Origin: Escherichia coli
GTDB taxonomy: Bacteria > Pseudomonadota > Gammaproteobacteria > Enterobacterales > Enterobacteriaceae
Length of the DNA stretch: 64,000 nucleotides
Assembly: GCF_003018255.1 (NCBI RefSeq)
Contig: NZ_CP027440.1
Strand: one strand, 5' to 3'
Shown here: piece by piece, positions 18,489 through 28,282 of the stretch
How the letters are laid out: each line of letters begins with the position of its first letter
How positions within the stretch are numbered: the stretch's first letter is position 1
Translations under genes and position numbers: made by a program
Notes under the pieces: model-generated
The model's input: the letters and a program-made list of their open reading frames with translations, nothing else
The model's database searches: none
What the model was told of the DNA's origin: nothing

Positions 18489-19779
18489 GGCGCACCTCCC
18501 GCAGCCGCCGCTGGCGGCACAGGCTAATAAGCTGCATCAGTTGCTGGATCTGAGCGTTGTTGTAGTCCGGCGACAGCAACAATTCGAGGGCGGGCATCGG
18601 CGTACTGGTGTCGCCATTCAGGGCCGCCAGCACCTGATAGCAGCGCTGTGCCGCCGGGTGGGGAAAATCGTGGCAAGGCGCGAGGGTGAAACCGGCCGGA
18701 GCGCTGTCGTCCGGCTGGATACAGGCGTCCAGTCCCCAGCAGGCACACAGCGACTGTGCCGTATGCACCAGCGGTGAGGGCTTTGGCTCATCGGGCGCGG
18801 CGGGTTCAGTCGGTGGCTCAGGCTCTGGTAGTGGTGCTTTTTCCACTTCCGGCGGTGGCGGCCAGAGGACCTTTTCGGCCGGAGGCCCCAGCAGCACCTG
18901 CCGCTTGCTCTGACCGTCAGTCAGTTCCGCCAGCAACGTATTCCAGCTCATGCCGCTGCGACAGCTCATCTCACCGAGCAGTTCGTCCTGCACCAGTTGC
19001 GGTACCACGGCTTCCGGCTCGCCGTTGAAGATGGCGAGGGCGGTGCTGAACAGGTCGGCAAATTCGGGCTGGCGTTCCAGCGGCATCAGCTTTACCCAGA
19101 CCTGTTCTGCTGCGCTGCGTAGTGACAGCAGGCGATCGATAACCTTGCGGGTAAGACCGCCATATAGCGCGTTTGGGATGCAGGGCAGCAGCCAGTCTAC
19201 GGTCTGTAGCATCCGGCTGATTTGCGACTGGCTGACGGGATAGCCGTCGCGGGTGAGTTGTTCCGCCAGCGCCAGCTGCGTCGGGCATTCAATGCCTGCC
19301 TCGAGGTAAAGATCGCGCAGGTGCAGGACCCCTTCCGCCCGTTCGATAAACATCAATCCGTTATGCAGGTCGCTTTCGGCCAGATGGCCGATCAGGCACT
19401 GGACTTCGCCTTGCTGCGGTGACAGCGTTTCCGGCCACGGTCTGAACGGCCAGCAGACGCGGTGGTAACGCTCATCCTGCGTCTCCTGCCACAGTTCATT
19501 GAGGATGGCGAGGCGCGTATTTCCGCCGCTGGCGAGCATATATTTTTCATCACCGGGGCGGCGGGTCAGTACCGGCGGGTTATCCAGCCCACGGGCAAGA
19601 ATTGACGCCTTCAGCACGTCATAGCCGGGGTTGCGGGTGACGCGGGGATTGAGGGAGAACGGCTGGATTTGCTCCAGGCTGACCTGGACCATTTCCTGTT
19701 CTCCGGTATTGCTGGCGCCGTGAAGCCAGCGGTTGAGCAGGTGTGAAGCGCACATAATCTTCCTCCGGCATTCAGACAT
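18472..19779 (-). CDS. ParB-family partition / nuclease-domain protein of ICE
   Basis: 435 aa; N-terminal ParB/Srx-like region; proline-rich linker. Confidence 0.55.
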   Translation of the reverse strand: MSECRRKIMCASHLLNRWLHGASNTGEQEMVQVSLEQIQPFSLNPRVTRNPGYDVLKASILARGLDNPPVLTRRPGDEKYMLASGGNTRLAILNELWQETQDERYHRVCWPFRPWPETLSPQQGEVQCLIGHLAESDLHNGLMFIERAEGVLHLRDLYLEAGIECPTQLALAEQLTRDGYPVSQSQISRMLQTVDWLLPCIPNALYGGLTRKVIDRLLSLRSAAEQVWVKLMPLERQPEFADLFSTALAIFNGEPEAVVPQLVQDELLGEMSCRSGMSWNTLLAELTDGQSKRQVLLGPPAEKVLWPPPPEVEKAPLPEPEPPTEPAAPDEPKPSPLVHTAQSLCACWGLDACIQPDDSAPAGFTLAPCHDFPHPAAQRCYQVLAALNGDTSTPMPALELLLSPDYNNAQIQQLMQLISLCRQRRLREVRHDTLS

Positions 19780-19972
19780 CGCGGGTAAGCCGGATGCGCT
19801 GGTGGATCCACGCGTCCACCTCGCTTTCCAGCCAGGCGACGTGGCGGCTATTGAGTCGAATGGACGGCGGAAACTGTTGCAGCTGGATTTGTCGATAAAT
19901 CCACGATTTACCGAAGCCGATTTTATCTTCCACCTGGCGTAAGCGTAAAAATCTGTCGCTATTCATAACCAT
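19772..19972 (-). CDS. alpA: AlpA-family transcriptional regulator / excisionase-like DNA-binding protein
   Basis: 66 aa; RLRQVEDKIGFGKSWIYRQI... helix-turn-helix typical of AlpA. Confidence 0.6.
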   Translation of the reverse strand: MVMNSDRFLRLRQVEDKIGFGKSWIYRQIQLQQFPPSIRLNSRHVAWLESEVDAWIHQRIRLTRDV

Positions 19973-20104
19973 TCCTCCTGTGTCCAGATTCGTTCACATC
20001 AGCACGATAGGCGTGGTTATCAAAGCAGCAGCGTCCCTGCCAGGCAGTAAAAATCCTTATCTGGGTTAGTGAGAGTTGTTAGTTGAAAGGGTTAGTTGAT
20101 CGCG

Positions 20105-20995
20105 TTACGGCGGTGCGCCGCGCTGGAGTGCGGTTTTCAACGTCTCGGGGCTCAGCGGCAGGTGCATACCTTCCTCACGCGCCCAGCATTCGAAAATATT
20201 CAGCAGTTTGTAGGGATGCTCCAGCATTTCATCGTCCAGTTGCGGGTTGTGCTTGCAGGCCAGCCACAGCAAACGCGAAAGCGCGGAGGTGATCCGCTCC
20301 TTTGATTCTGGCTGATGACGGGTCAGGAAGGCTTCGAGATGAGTGCGGCGGATGATGAACAGTGCGTCAGGAGGCAGCGTGTCCTGCAGGTAGCAGACGG
20401 ACAGACTGAGCCGGGATTTCAGGTCATTGTGGCCATTACCATATAGCTGGCCAATCAGCAGATGAAGCTCTTCCTGGAGGTTGTTTTGCGTGGCGAGCAG
20501 TTCCAGTAAAAGCTCCCGCAACGATTTGCGGCAACAGAGTTGGTAGTAGCTGTCGTTTTCATCGCAGACCACGATGCCAATCTGGTTGCAGCAATGGGTA
20601 TCATTGGGGCAAGGGCGATTCAACGTTTTCGCCAGTTGCTGGTGGAGCAGCAGGCGCTCAATGCCGATTAACGGCAAATTCCACAGATGGCTGGTGGTCA
20701 GTTGCAGAGTTGGGTCGCGTCTGCACGGCGGCGAGTTTGCCATCACTTTGCGGTTGCCGGGTTTGTTGCACTGCGAAGGTGGAAAAGGAGGCTTACTGAA
20801 TCGGCAGGCAAAGCGGCAAGGCGGATTGAGTGGTCTCAGCAGAACGGGCGAAGGGAAGTAGACCGAGAGCGACAGATCGCCGTGCAGGGCATGGCGGATC
20901 AGGTCGGCGGGCAGCAACGTGATGTTGTGCTGCCGGATGACTTCTGCAGCCTCATCCAGCGTCAGCCACTCTTGGCGAATTTTGTGTGGGGGCAT
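20105..20995 (-). CDS. ICE-associated hypothetical protein
   Basis: 296 aa ORF; last backbone-like gene before the AT-rich cargo; no Walker motif, so not ParA. Confidence 0.45.
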   Translation of the reverse strand: MPPHKIRQEWLTLDEAAEVIRQHNITLLPADLIRHALHGDLSLSVYFPSPVLLRPLNPPCRFACRFSKPPFPPSQCNKPGNRKVMANSPPCRRDPTLQLTTSHLWNLPLIGIERLLLHQQLAKTLNRPCPNDTHCCNQIGIVVCDENDSYYQLCCRKSLRELLLELLATQNNLQEELHLLIGQLYGNGHNDLKSRLSLSVCYLQDTLPPDALFIIRRTHLEAFLTRHQPESKERITSALSRLLWLACKHNPQLDDEMLEHPYKLLNIFECWAREEGMHLPLSPETLKTALQRGAPP

Positions 20996-21144
20996 GGGTA
21001 ACTCCTATTAGTTACATATGATGAGTACTATCTAAAAAAGCCAACTAAAGCGAGGTAAGGTGAGTTCTTTTAACTGGTTGTTTTGTATGTGATCTATTGG
21101 TGTTTTTTTTAGGTTTTTTACTGTTTTATTTAGGAAATCAATGA

Positions 21145-21172
21145 TTACGAATAGGCATAAATATGGTATGAT
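21145..21172 (+). promoter_or_regulatory. Candidate sigma70 promoter of the cargo operon: -35 TTACGA, 16-bp spacer, extended -10 TGgTATGAT
   Basis: Hexamers at 21145-21150 and 21167-21172 with TG at 21164-21165, about 40 bp upstream of the ATG at 21211. Confidence 0.35.
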
Positions 21173-21210
21173 ATCCATTAGTATAATATCAATGGATAAA
21201 GGCTTCTGTT

Positions 21211-23157
21211 ATGAATTTTGAAGAGCTTATAAATGATATTGAAAGACTCTTAATTGGTAAAGAGTTGCAGTCTATAAATCCTAACACCCCCCCATTATTC
21301 CTTTTAAAAATAGACAGGGATATTGGTAAATATTACGTGTCTGTTTCTTTAAATGCTAAGCCTACGGCAAGGTCAATTTCTGAATTTGAATATATATTTA
21401 ATGACTTACTGCGTAAAGGGTTTTGTAATGTAGATCAGTCATTATATGGTAGCTCTTCAAGCCGTAATCACCCGGAAACAATATTTGCAAACTTGCCTTA
21501 TATTCAATTCTTTAAGTTCAAGAAAAAGAAACATATATTATTACGTAATAAAAATGTACACGAAGCAGGTCAACTTTCTGAATTACAAGGGGCTGAGTCT
21601 CGTGCTATAAGGAAGCAAATAGAAAATTATTTATCTCTAAATTTAAGTGAAATTGCAGAGCAGCAGTTAAAATCGTTGGAAAAAATGTTCGATGCGTATG
21701 ATGCTATTTTAAAAAAATACCCAGGGGATATCCCTGTTATAATGGCTGAGCAAGGCTTGTTGGGATTAAAAAACATTAGCGAAGTACTGATTAATTCTTA
21801 TGTTTCCTTGGATTTTGACAGTAGTGGCGATAAAATAAATAAATTAAGTAAATTTAAACAGGTGGAGTTATTTAAAGAAGATTTATCTTTAGAGGATTTA
21901 ATTGAGTCCCCTGAGATAAGTGGAGTTGATTCAGGTGATAAGAATATTGAGGAACAATCGGAATCAGAATTAGCACCTGAGCAAAAACGTACGGGCATTG
22001 CAAAAATGCTTATGACTACACCAGTTTTAACACTAATTTTTGATCGTGTAAGATATGATGAAATTGAGTTACAACCTGACTTTCAGAGAAAAGACCGAAT
22101 TTGGCCTGACGACAAAAAGTCAAAACTTATTGAATCAATATTAATGAAGCTTCCATTACCGGGGTTTTACTTTGGTGAAAAGCCAAACGGTAACTGGGTA
22201 GTTATTGATGGCCTTCAAAGAACGACTACAATTTGTGATTATATGAGTGGTCATTTCTCATTGAAAGGGCTCTCTATTTTAGAGCACTTAAATGGAAAGA
22301 GTTTTAAAGATCTTACTCGAACCGAGCAACGAGACATTAGAGAGTATCAAATTACGGCTTACCAAATAGAACTAAATGATGATAGTTCTGAATTGGTTGT
22401 AGAACTATTCCATAGAATAAACACTTATGGTGTAAAGTTAAGTAGTCAAGAAATAAGATCTGCACTTAATAAAGGCAATAGCGTAACCTTTTTACGTTAT
22501 TTAGCTTCATTAGAAACGTTCAAAAAAGCGACGCAATTTAAAGTAAAGCCGGACAGGCAAAAAGATATGGAGCTCTGTTTGTCCGCTCTTGCTTTTATGG
22601 TACTTGGTTATAATAACTATGGCCAACATTCGTATGATCATTTTTTATGTAGTGCAATGCAGAAGCTAAATAATTATCCATTAAGCATCATTAATAAAGA
22701 AGAGATTGATGCTGGAACAGCTCTTATTTCTCCTTCAAGTGAAGTCTTTTTAACTTTATATTCAAAATATAATCAGGCTTTAATCTTAGCAAATGAAGTT
22801 TTTGGTGAAATAGCTTTTTCAAAAGATCCGGAAAATAAAAAATCACCTATTAATAAACAACTCTTTGAGTTAATTGTTACTGTTTTCTCTGTATTTGACT
22901 CACATCAAAAGGAGATGATGTTAGCTAATGGTGATAAATTTATTGATAGCTTATACTTGGCTATTGAGGAGAATAGTAGTCGATATGCTAAGTGGGAGTC
23001 TGATACATATGAAAAGGACGATAGAGGATTTAGAGACTCAATATCTACTTCGACAGGTAAAAGAATATCTGTTGTATATCGATTTGATGCTTTTTTAAAT
23101 ATCCTTGGAAAAAGCACAGGAATAACTATTGATAGTAAATTATTACAGGGGGAGTGA
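21211..23157 (+). CDS. DUF262 / ParB-like (GmrSD N-terminal-type) domain protein with unknown N- and C-terminal domains
   Basis: 648 aa; central region has LQPDFQRKDRIW and DGLQR (variant of the DGQQR motif); no recognisable DUF1524/His-Me nuclease motif; AT-rich. Confidence 0.7.
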   Translation: MNFEELINDIERLLIGKELQSINPNTPPLFLLKIDRDIGKYYVSVSLNAKPTARSISEFEYIFNDLLRKGFCNVDQSLYGSSSSRNHPETIFANLPYIQFFKFKKKKHILLRNKNVHEAGQLSELQGAESRAIRKQIENYLSLNLSEIAEQQLKSLEKMFDAYDAILKKYPGDIPVIMAEQGLLGLKNISEVLINSYVSLDFDSSGDKINKLSKFKQVELFKEDLSLEDLIESPEISGVDSGDKNIEEQSESELAPEQKRTGIAKMLMTTPVLTLIFDRVRYDEIELQPDFQRKDRIWPDDKKSKLIESILMKLPLPGFYFGEKPNGNWVVIDGLQRTTTICDYMSGHFSLKGLSILEHLNGKSFKDLTRTEQRDIREYQITAYQIELNDDSSELVVELFHRINTYGVKLSSQEIRSALNKGNSVTFLRYLASLETFKKATQFKVKPDRQKDMELCLSALAFMVLGYNNYGQHSYDHFLCSAMQKLNNYPLSIINKEEIDAGTALISPSSEVFLTLYSKYNQALILANEVFGEIAFSKDPENKKSPINKQLFELIVTVFSVFDSHQKEMMLANGDKFIDSLYLAIEENSSRYAKWESDTYEKDDRGFRDSISTSTGKRISVVYRFDAFLNILGKSTGITIDSKLLQGE

Positions 23158-24305
23158 TGAAAAAAATTACGTCTTTAACATTAAAAAATTTCAAAGCTTA
23201 TAAAGAACAGAGTTTTGATTTTAGTAATTTAACTGTATTTTGCGGTAATAATTCTGTTGGTAAAAGTACGGCTATTCAAGCTATCGGTATGTTTCTCCAA
23301 TCAGATATGAATGGTAACAGTAATCTAAAAATAAATGGCGATTTAGTTCATGTCGGAGACTTCGACGATATTCATAATTTCAGTATGCGTGAGGATGATG
23401 TTTTATATTTAAAATATACATTTGAAGACGATACGGCTTGCTGGGGATATGGTATAGAAGAAGGGGATGCTAGAGAAGAACTTTCTAGGAAAAATGAATT
23501 ACCTTTTATTGGGTGTGATAAACAATTAAGAACTATAACAAACTCACTTAAAGATAACTTTTCATTCCAATATTTGGAAGCGGAGAGATTTGGTCCAAGA
23601 GATAATATTCCATTATCACAGCACAATTATCATGAAGGTTGGCTTGGGAAAAATGGGGAACATACAATTGAAGTTCTTGAGAGTTTGGTCACAAGGAGGC
23701 GTTTAAATTTTTCTGCTCAAGAGGATCCTAGGAAACATGAAGGAATTATTAATAATAATGTTTTCAATCATATTGAAGCATGGATGTCTGAGATTTCACC
23801 AGGGCATCGTATCTCACCTAGAATTGAGGCTAGGGCGAATGTTGCATTTAATGTCATAATCCCTTCACCTGGACAATTAACGAAACCTATTAACATAGGA
23901 TTTGGATTTAGTTATGCTCTTAGTATTGTCACTGCTTTAATGCTGGCATCAAAAAATGAACTCGTTATTATTGAAAATCCTGAGGCTCATCTACATCCAA
24001 GAGGTCAAAGCTATTTAGGACGACTTATTGCTTTATCAGCAAAAGCAGGGATCCAGGTTATTATTGAGACTCATAGTGATCATCTTCTTAATGGCATAAG
24101 AGTAATTGCACGCACAGATCCAACTTTTGATGCTTCTCTTTTTACTCTTTACTATATTTCACGAGAAAATGATGAAACATCTGTCGCCAAAATAAAAATA
24201 AATAATGAAGGGAAACTTTCCGAATGGCCTAGAGGGTTCTTTGATCAACAATCACAGGATATGTATACGATAATGACAGGCTCTTTTGATCATCCCAATA
24301 TTTAA
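23157..24305 (+). CDS. ABC/SMC-like AAA ATPase (AAA_15/AAA_21-type with DUF3696-like C-terminal region)
   Basis: ORF track 23154 (GTG); ATG at 23157 overlaps upstream TGA (TGATG) with GGGGAG RBS. Walker A GNNSVGKST; ENPEAHLHP Walker B/D-loop signature; ETHSDH H-loop. Confidence 0.75.
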   Translation: MKKITSLTLKNFKAYKEQSFDFSNLTVFCGNNSVGKSTAIQAIGMFLQSDMNGNSNLKINGDLVHVGDFDDIHNFSMREDDVLYLKYTFEDDTACWGYGIEEGDAREELSRKNELPFIGCDKQLRTITNSLKDNFSFQYLEAERFGPRDNIPLSQHNYHEGWLGKNGEHTIEVLESLVTRRRLNFSAQEDPRKHEGIINNNVFNHIEAWMSEISPGHRISPRIEARANVAFNVIIPSPGQLTKPINIGFGFSYALSIVTALMLASKNELVIIENPEAHLHPRGQSYLGRLIALSAKAGIQVIIETHSDHLLNGIRVIARTDPTFDASLFTLYYISRENDETSVAKIKINNEGKLSEWPRGFFDQQSQDMYTIMTGSFDHPNI

Positions 24306-24324
24306 TATTGTAGGGACATATAAA

Positions 24325-25209
24325 ATGAAAGCTGGCGTGTTTCTTATTCCTGAATGTTTTGATTTCAATACGGATATTTTATCTTTAAGTTCGGACCTTG
24401 ATCTGGCTTCGAAACTCGTAGTAAATACCCGTTCAGAATTTATTCACTTTATGAAATCTAGGGAGTTTGACTCGAAGATTGCGGAGTTATTGTTTTCCAC
24501 ATCACCTGATTATGCTGGAATGATGTCAAGATTTTACGATCAGCATCTATCAAAAGTTATAAAAATGGATATTAATGACGATGATATTATTGATATTATA
24601 AATAGCGAAGAACCTAAGTATTCTAACCGTTTGTTATCAATTTTTAATACGGGAAAAAAAGATTTAAATATTAAATATGTTAATAGATTAATTGACTCAG
24701 AAATTAAGATGAATGATTATTGTACTGATATCTTATTGAATTACCCAAGAAATGACGAGCAATACTGTGAGGATATACAGCAGGTTTATAAAAATTTAAT
24801 TTTCCTAGATTATCCAGAGGCAAAAGAATTTAAGACATTTAATAGTCTCAAGAGAATGACCGGTGGTTATGATAATTTCTTGAAGGCTATAACCAATTTT
24901 TTAAGTTATATGAATAAATTCGAATTCAAAACGAAAGATATGATGGATACATTGAAAATGATGGAGAGTGATTTAGGATCTCCAGTAACTCCGGAAGGAG
25001 GGGGGAAGAAAAGCCGATCTTTGAAAAGAGATTTTTTAATTAATGGAAAGCTATATACAAATGTAAACTGCGAATTCCATTTGAAATTAGAAAATGTTGA
25101 TGATACTAAGGGAAACAGAAAACACCATAAGAATAGAATTTATTTTGGATTTATTATGATAAGTGATAAAAACAGAGTGGCAATAGCTCATATTGGGGAA
25201 CACATTTGA
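24325..25209 (+). CDS. Hypothetical protein, third gene of the DUF262-ATPase operon
   Basis: ORF track 24286..25209; ATG at 24325 with AGGGA RBS follows the ATPase stop by 20 nt; 294 aa, no recognisable motif. Confidence 0.5.
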   Translation: MKAGVFLIPECFDFNTDILSLSSDLDLASKLVVNTRSEFIHFMKSREFDSKIAELLFSTSPDYAGMMSRFYDQHLSKVIKMDINDDDIIDIINSEEPKYSNRLLSIFNTGKKDLNIKYVNRLIDSEIKMNDYCTDILLNYPRNDEQYCEDIQQVYKNLIFLDYPEAKEFKTFNSLKRMTGGYDNFLKAITNFLSYMNKFEFKTKDMMDTLKMMESDLGSPVTPEGGGKKSRSLKRDFLINGKLYTNVNCEFHLKLENVDDTKGNRKHHKNRIYFGFIMISDKNRVAIAHIGEHI

Positions 25210-25219
25210 AATCATTTTA

Positions 25220-25248
25220 AACCTACTGATAGTATATATCAGTAGGTT
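25220..25248. terminator. Perfect palindromic hairpin between convergent operons (likely bidirectional terminator)
   Basis: AACCTACTGATAGTATATATCAGTAGGTT between stop of the plus-strand operon (25209) and stop of the minus-strand restriction gene (25271). Confidence 0.5.
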
Positions 25249-25270
25249 CATGTTAATTTGATGTTCTTAG

Positions 25271-26344
25271 CTATATAACACAATCTTCCATAAAAGAATC
25301 TAGAAATAAATCATTTATTCCTTTAGGTTTTCTTCGGTCGCATAGAGAGTATAATTCTTCAACTGAAGAGTAAGGGAAGAATTTAGCTTTTAATTCAATG
25401 AATTGGGGCATGTTTGCAAATTCTATCACCTTTGCTCGATATTCATCAGGAGCAACGATAGTCCAACGGATATCTTGTAATCTCGGTGCATGATCATAGA
25501 ATTGTTTCATGCGAGTCAGACCACTTTTTATACCAGTACTGTGTTCAATCTCCATTACTGCTGGCATCATGCGGCCTTCCCTAAACCAAATGCAGTCTAT
25601 AAGACGAGCATCTTTAATCGCATCATTATACGATTGGAGTACTTGCTCATCAGATAATGAACTTATTACACCGTCCATTTGCGCTATAGCTTTACCATTA
25701 TATTGTAAGCTACGATCATTGGCTGCTACCCAAGTATCTAAACCTAAACAATAACCTATTTTTACTAAGGCAATTTGTATCTGAGCATGACGTCTTTTTT
25801 CTTCAATAGTCATGCCTTTAGTCGGTTTAATTGTCTCAATATCAACGCTTTGGTGAACAACATCGAAGCTCATTTCAGAGACAACAATATTAGTCTGGTG
25901 CTCAATTAACAAACCATTAGTATGTGGCATATCTGGCAGAAAAATCAGATGCTTATGTCCTGGTTTTATAGACTTTTGTGCATTCATGATTTCCAGTCTG
26001 GCTGGCCTACACCAATAGAACTCTGGAGTATGTGCGAGCAAGCTCTCCAATACCGAGCGGGTGTTGTAACTGGCACCGAAAACCCTTTCAACGTTGACAG
26101 GTCTGTTTTCTTCGAGTGCATTTGCAAGTCGCCAAAGCATTTGAGTCGAAATACTCTCTGTTTTAGCTGTTGCTTGAGTTTGACCTTTCTTAGGATCAAA
26201 TCTCTTTATTTCGATAGGACCTTCGGGATGTTGGATACGTACAATCTCAATCTTCCCGCTATTCCTATCGTTTATATAGTTAAACAGCGTATTTTTGGGT
26301 AAGCTCGAAATCGCCTGAACCAGATTCGATGCTGTTATCCTCAT
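25271..26344 (-). CDS. Putative Type II restriction endonuclease partnered with the adjacent C5-methyltransferase
   Basis: 357 aa ORF directly downstream of and overlapping the MTase 3' end (about 65 nt, ATG at 26344 with AGGA RBS); no family motif recognised; call is from gene context. Confidence 0.5.
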   Translation of the reverse strand: MRITASNLVQAISSLPKNTLFNYINDRNSGKIEIVRIQHPEGPIEIKRFDPKKGQTQATAKTESISTQMLWRLANALEENRPVNVERVFGASYNTRSVLESLLAHTPEFYWCRPARLEIMNAQKSIKPGHKHLIFLPDMPHTNGLLIEHQTNIVVSEMSFDVVHQSVDIETIKPTKGMTIEEKRRHAQIQIALVKIGYCLGLDTWVAANDRSLQYNGKAIAQMDGVISSLSDEQVLQSYNDAIKDARLIDCIWFREGRMMPAVMEIEHSTGIKSGLTRMKQFYDHAPRLQDIRWTIVAPDEYRAKVIEFANMPQFIELKAKFFPYSSVEELYSLCDRRKPKGINDLFLDSFMEDCVI

Positions 26345-27419
26345 TACTGTATCCTAAATGTTGCAAAATTGATTGGGCAATACCGAGCGCGGCGATATAG
26401 GGAACTCCGTTTCCGACTGTTTTAAACATATTCGACAAAGTCATATCCCCTGGTAGCTCAAAATTTTTTGGCAAAGACTGGATTGCCAATGCTTCAGCGA
26501 CCGTAATACGACGAGGTTTGTATGGGTGAAGGTGAACTTCATTATTACCATATGCTGCTGTTGGAGAGTATCTCCAGCGATGAAGCCTTTTATATGATTT
26601 TTTACTATCGTCGCCTTCTTCTACTGACTGGAATCTTGCTAAACCGGCTCGGGCCGTAAATACATGTTTAGCGTTTGGATGATTGGTAACATCGTTTTTC
26701 TCGAACCAGTATTCTATAGTAAGTTCTTCTGGAATACCTTGCGGGCATTCCATACTTGAGTCTTCTTCGTATGTGTTTGTTGTTGGCCAAGGGAACTGGA
26801 AAGCTTCCTTATTGGGGTATATTTGGCCACTCCATTCGAAGTTTTTGGCTAAAGACTTATCAAGAAAACCAACTAAAATAATCCTTTCTCGATCTTGAGG
26901 CGCACCGTATTCAATTGAATTAATCAATCTTTCATGCAGGATATATCCTACTGAAGCTAGTTCATTCTTAATTTGTTCGAAAAATTCTCTATGTTTAAGA
27001 GTCCGGTATAAGCCTTTAACGTTTTCAAAAAGGAAGAAATCAGGCATCATTTCAATTATCAGGTCAATGTAACTTTGTGATAATTTGCCATTTTCACCAT
27101 CTTTGCCTTTGTTTTTGCCAGCAACAGAAAAGTCAGGGCATGGTGGTCCGCCAATGAAGCCCACTAGGCGGTTTTCACCTTTCAGTGTTTTCATGCTATG
27201 CTTAATCACTGAATGCTCAATAGTTTCAATGCTTTCTTGGGCATACCCAAAGCGTGGCGGCTGTTTGCCAAGTTTTTTTCTTGAGTGTTTATACGCGTCC
27301 ATGAAGGGAGGATGGAATTCATTGACGAAAACCACCTCATACCCGGCATTTTCGAAGCCTAGGTCAAGAAAACCTGATCCTGAAAAGAATGAAAATATAG
27401 CGGGTTTCATTGTGGACAT
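26280..27419 (-). CDS. DNA cytosine-5 methyltransferase (Dcm-like)
   Basis: 379 aa; motif I FSGSGF, PC motif GGPPCPDFSVAGK, ENV motif ENVKGL. Confidence 0.85.
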   Translation of the reverse strand: MSTMKPAIFSFFSGSGFLDLGFENAGYEVVFVNEFHPPFMDAYKHSRKKLGKQPPRFGYAQESIETIEHSVIKHSMKTLKGENRLVGFIGGPPCPDFSVAGKNKGKDGENGKLSQSYIDLIIEMMPDFFLFENVKGLYRTLKHREFFEQIKNELASVGYILHERLINSIEYGAPQDRERIILVGFLDKSLAKNFEWSGQIYPNKEAFQFPWPTTNTYEEDSSMECPQGIPEELTIEYWFEKNDVTNHPNAKHVFTARAGLARFQSVEEGDDSKKSYKRLHRWRYSPTAAYGNNEVHLHPYKPRRITVAEALAIQSLPKNFELPGDMTLSNMFKTVGNGVPYIAALGIAQSILQHLGYSNEDNSIESGSGDFELTQKYAV

Positions 27420-27644
27420 TTTATACCTATCAAGTTAGCTTAAATTTTTACTAAATATCTCGCTGTACGATCCTACTATTTTACATGATAACTTGTTAAT
27501 TATCAATTTACTTTTTAATATATTAGCAAATAAGACCTGGCACTACTTCAGATTAGATAGTATTCATTGCTATAAAGTTAGGTGTTAATATATTGATTAA
27601 TAGTATAAGCTGCTATTATAGATTTAGAAACCGAAGGAACTTAT

Positions 27645-28100
27645 ATGCCTGATATGAGGTTATTTAAATCAAAAAACACCAAACTTGAGTTAAGAATCAG
27701 GAAGCCGTTGTTTGCCAGAGGATTTCGTTATCGATTGCATAATAGTGGTTTGCCTGGTAGACCAGATATGTATTTCCCTAAATACAATGCAGTCATTTTT
27801 ATCCATGGCTGTTTTTGGCATGGGCATGATAACGGCTGCCCTATATCTCACACTCCTAAAAATAATGAATCGTACTGGCAAAATAAAATCAATAAAAATC
27901 AAGAAAGAGATGTCAAAAATCAATATGTTCTTGCATCTAAAAACATCCGCGTTCTGATTATATGGGAGTGTGCAATAAAACTTAAAAGTATTGATTTTGT
28001 CGATTTTATTGATTACATCGATGAATGGCTTAGAGGTGGGGCAAATTCAACACAGATGAGCGCAAAGGAACCAATGCCGACTTTTGAGTTTCCGAAATGA
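27645..28100 (+). CDS. vsr: Very short patch repair endonuclease (Vsr)
   Basis: 151 aa; Vsr-like sequence incl. FIHGCFWHGH; divergent from the C5-MTase as is typical. Confidence 0.85.
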   Translation: MPDMRLFKSKNTKLELRIRKPLFARGFRYRLHNSGLPGRPDMYFPKYNAVIFIHGCFWHGHDNGCPISHTPKNNESYWQNKINKNQERDVKNQYVLASKNIRVLIIWECAIKLKSIDFVDFIDYIDEWLRGGANSTQMSAKEPMPTFEFPK

Positions 28101-28282
28101 ATTATTATGACAAGTTCCCTTGAGTGGTAATATCTAACATCGTTATTTGCTAATATATATATGAAATAAAGTAATTGCCAAGAAATTTATTACAAAACAA
28201 GACCCGCAAAAAATCTCTTTCCATGTGGGGTTTTATTAGCTATTAGTGTTTGGTTAAATTATTAACCATCAATAGGCATCCT

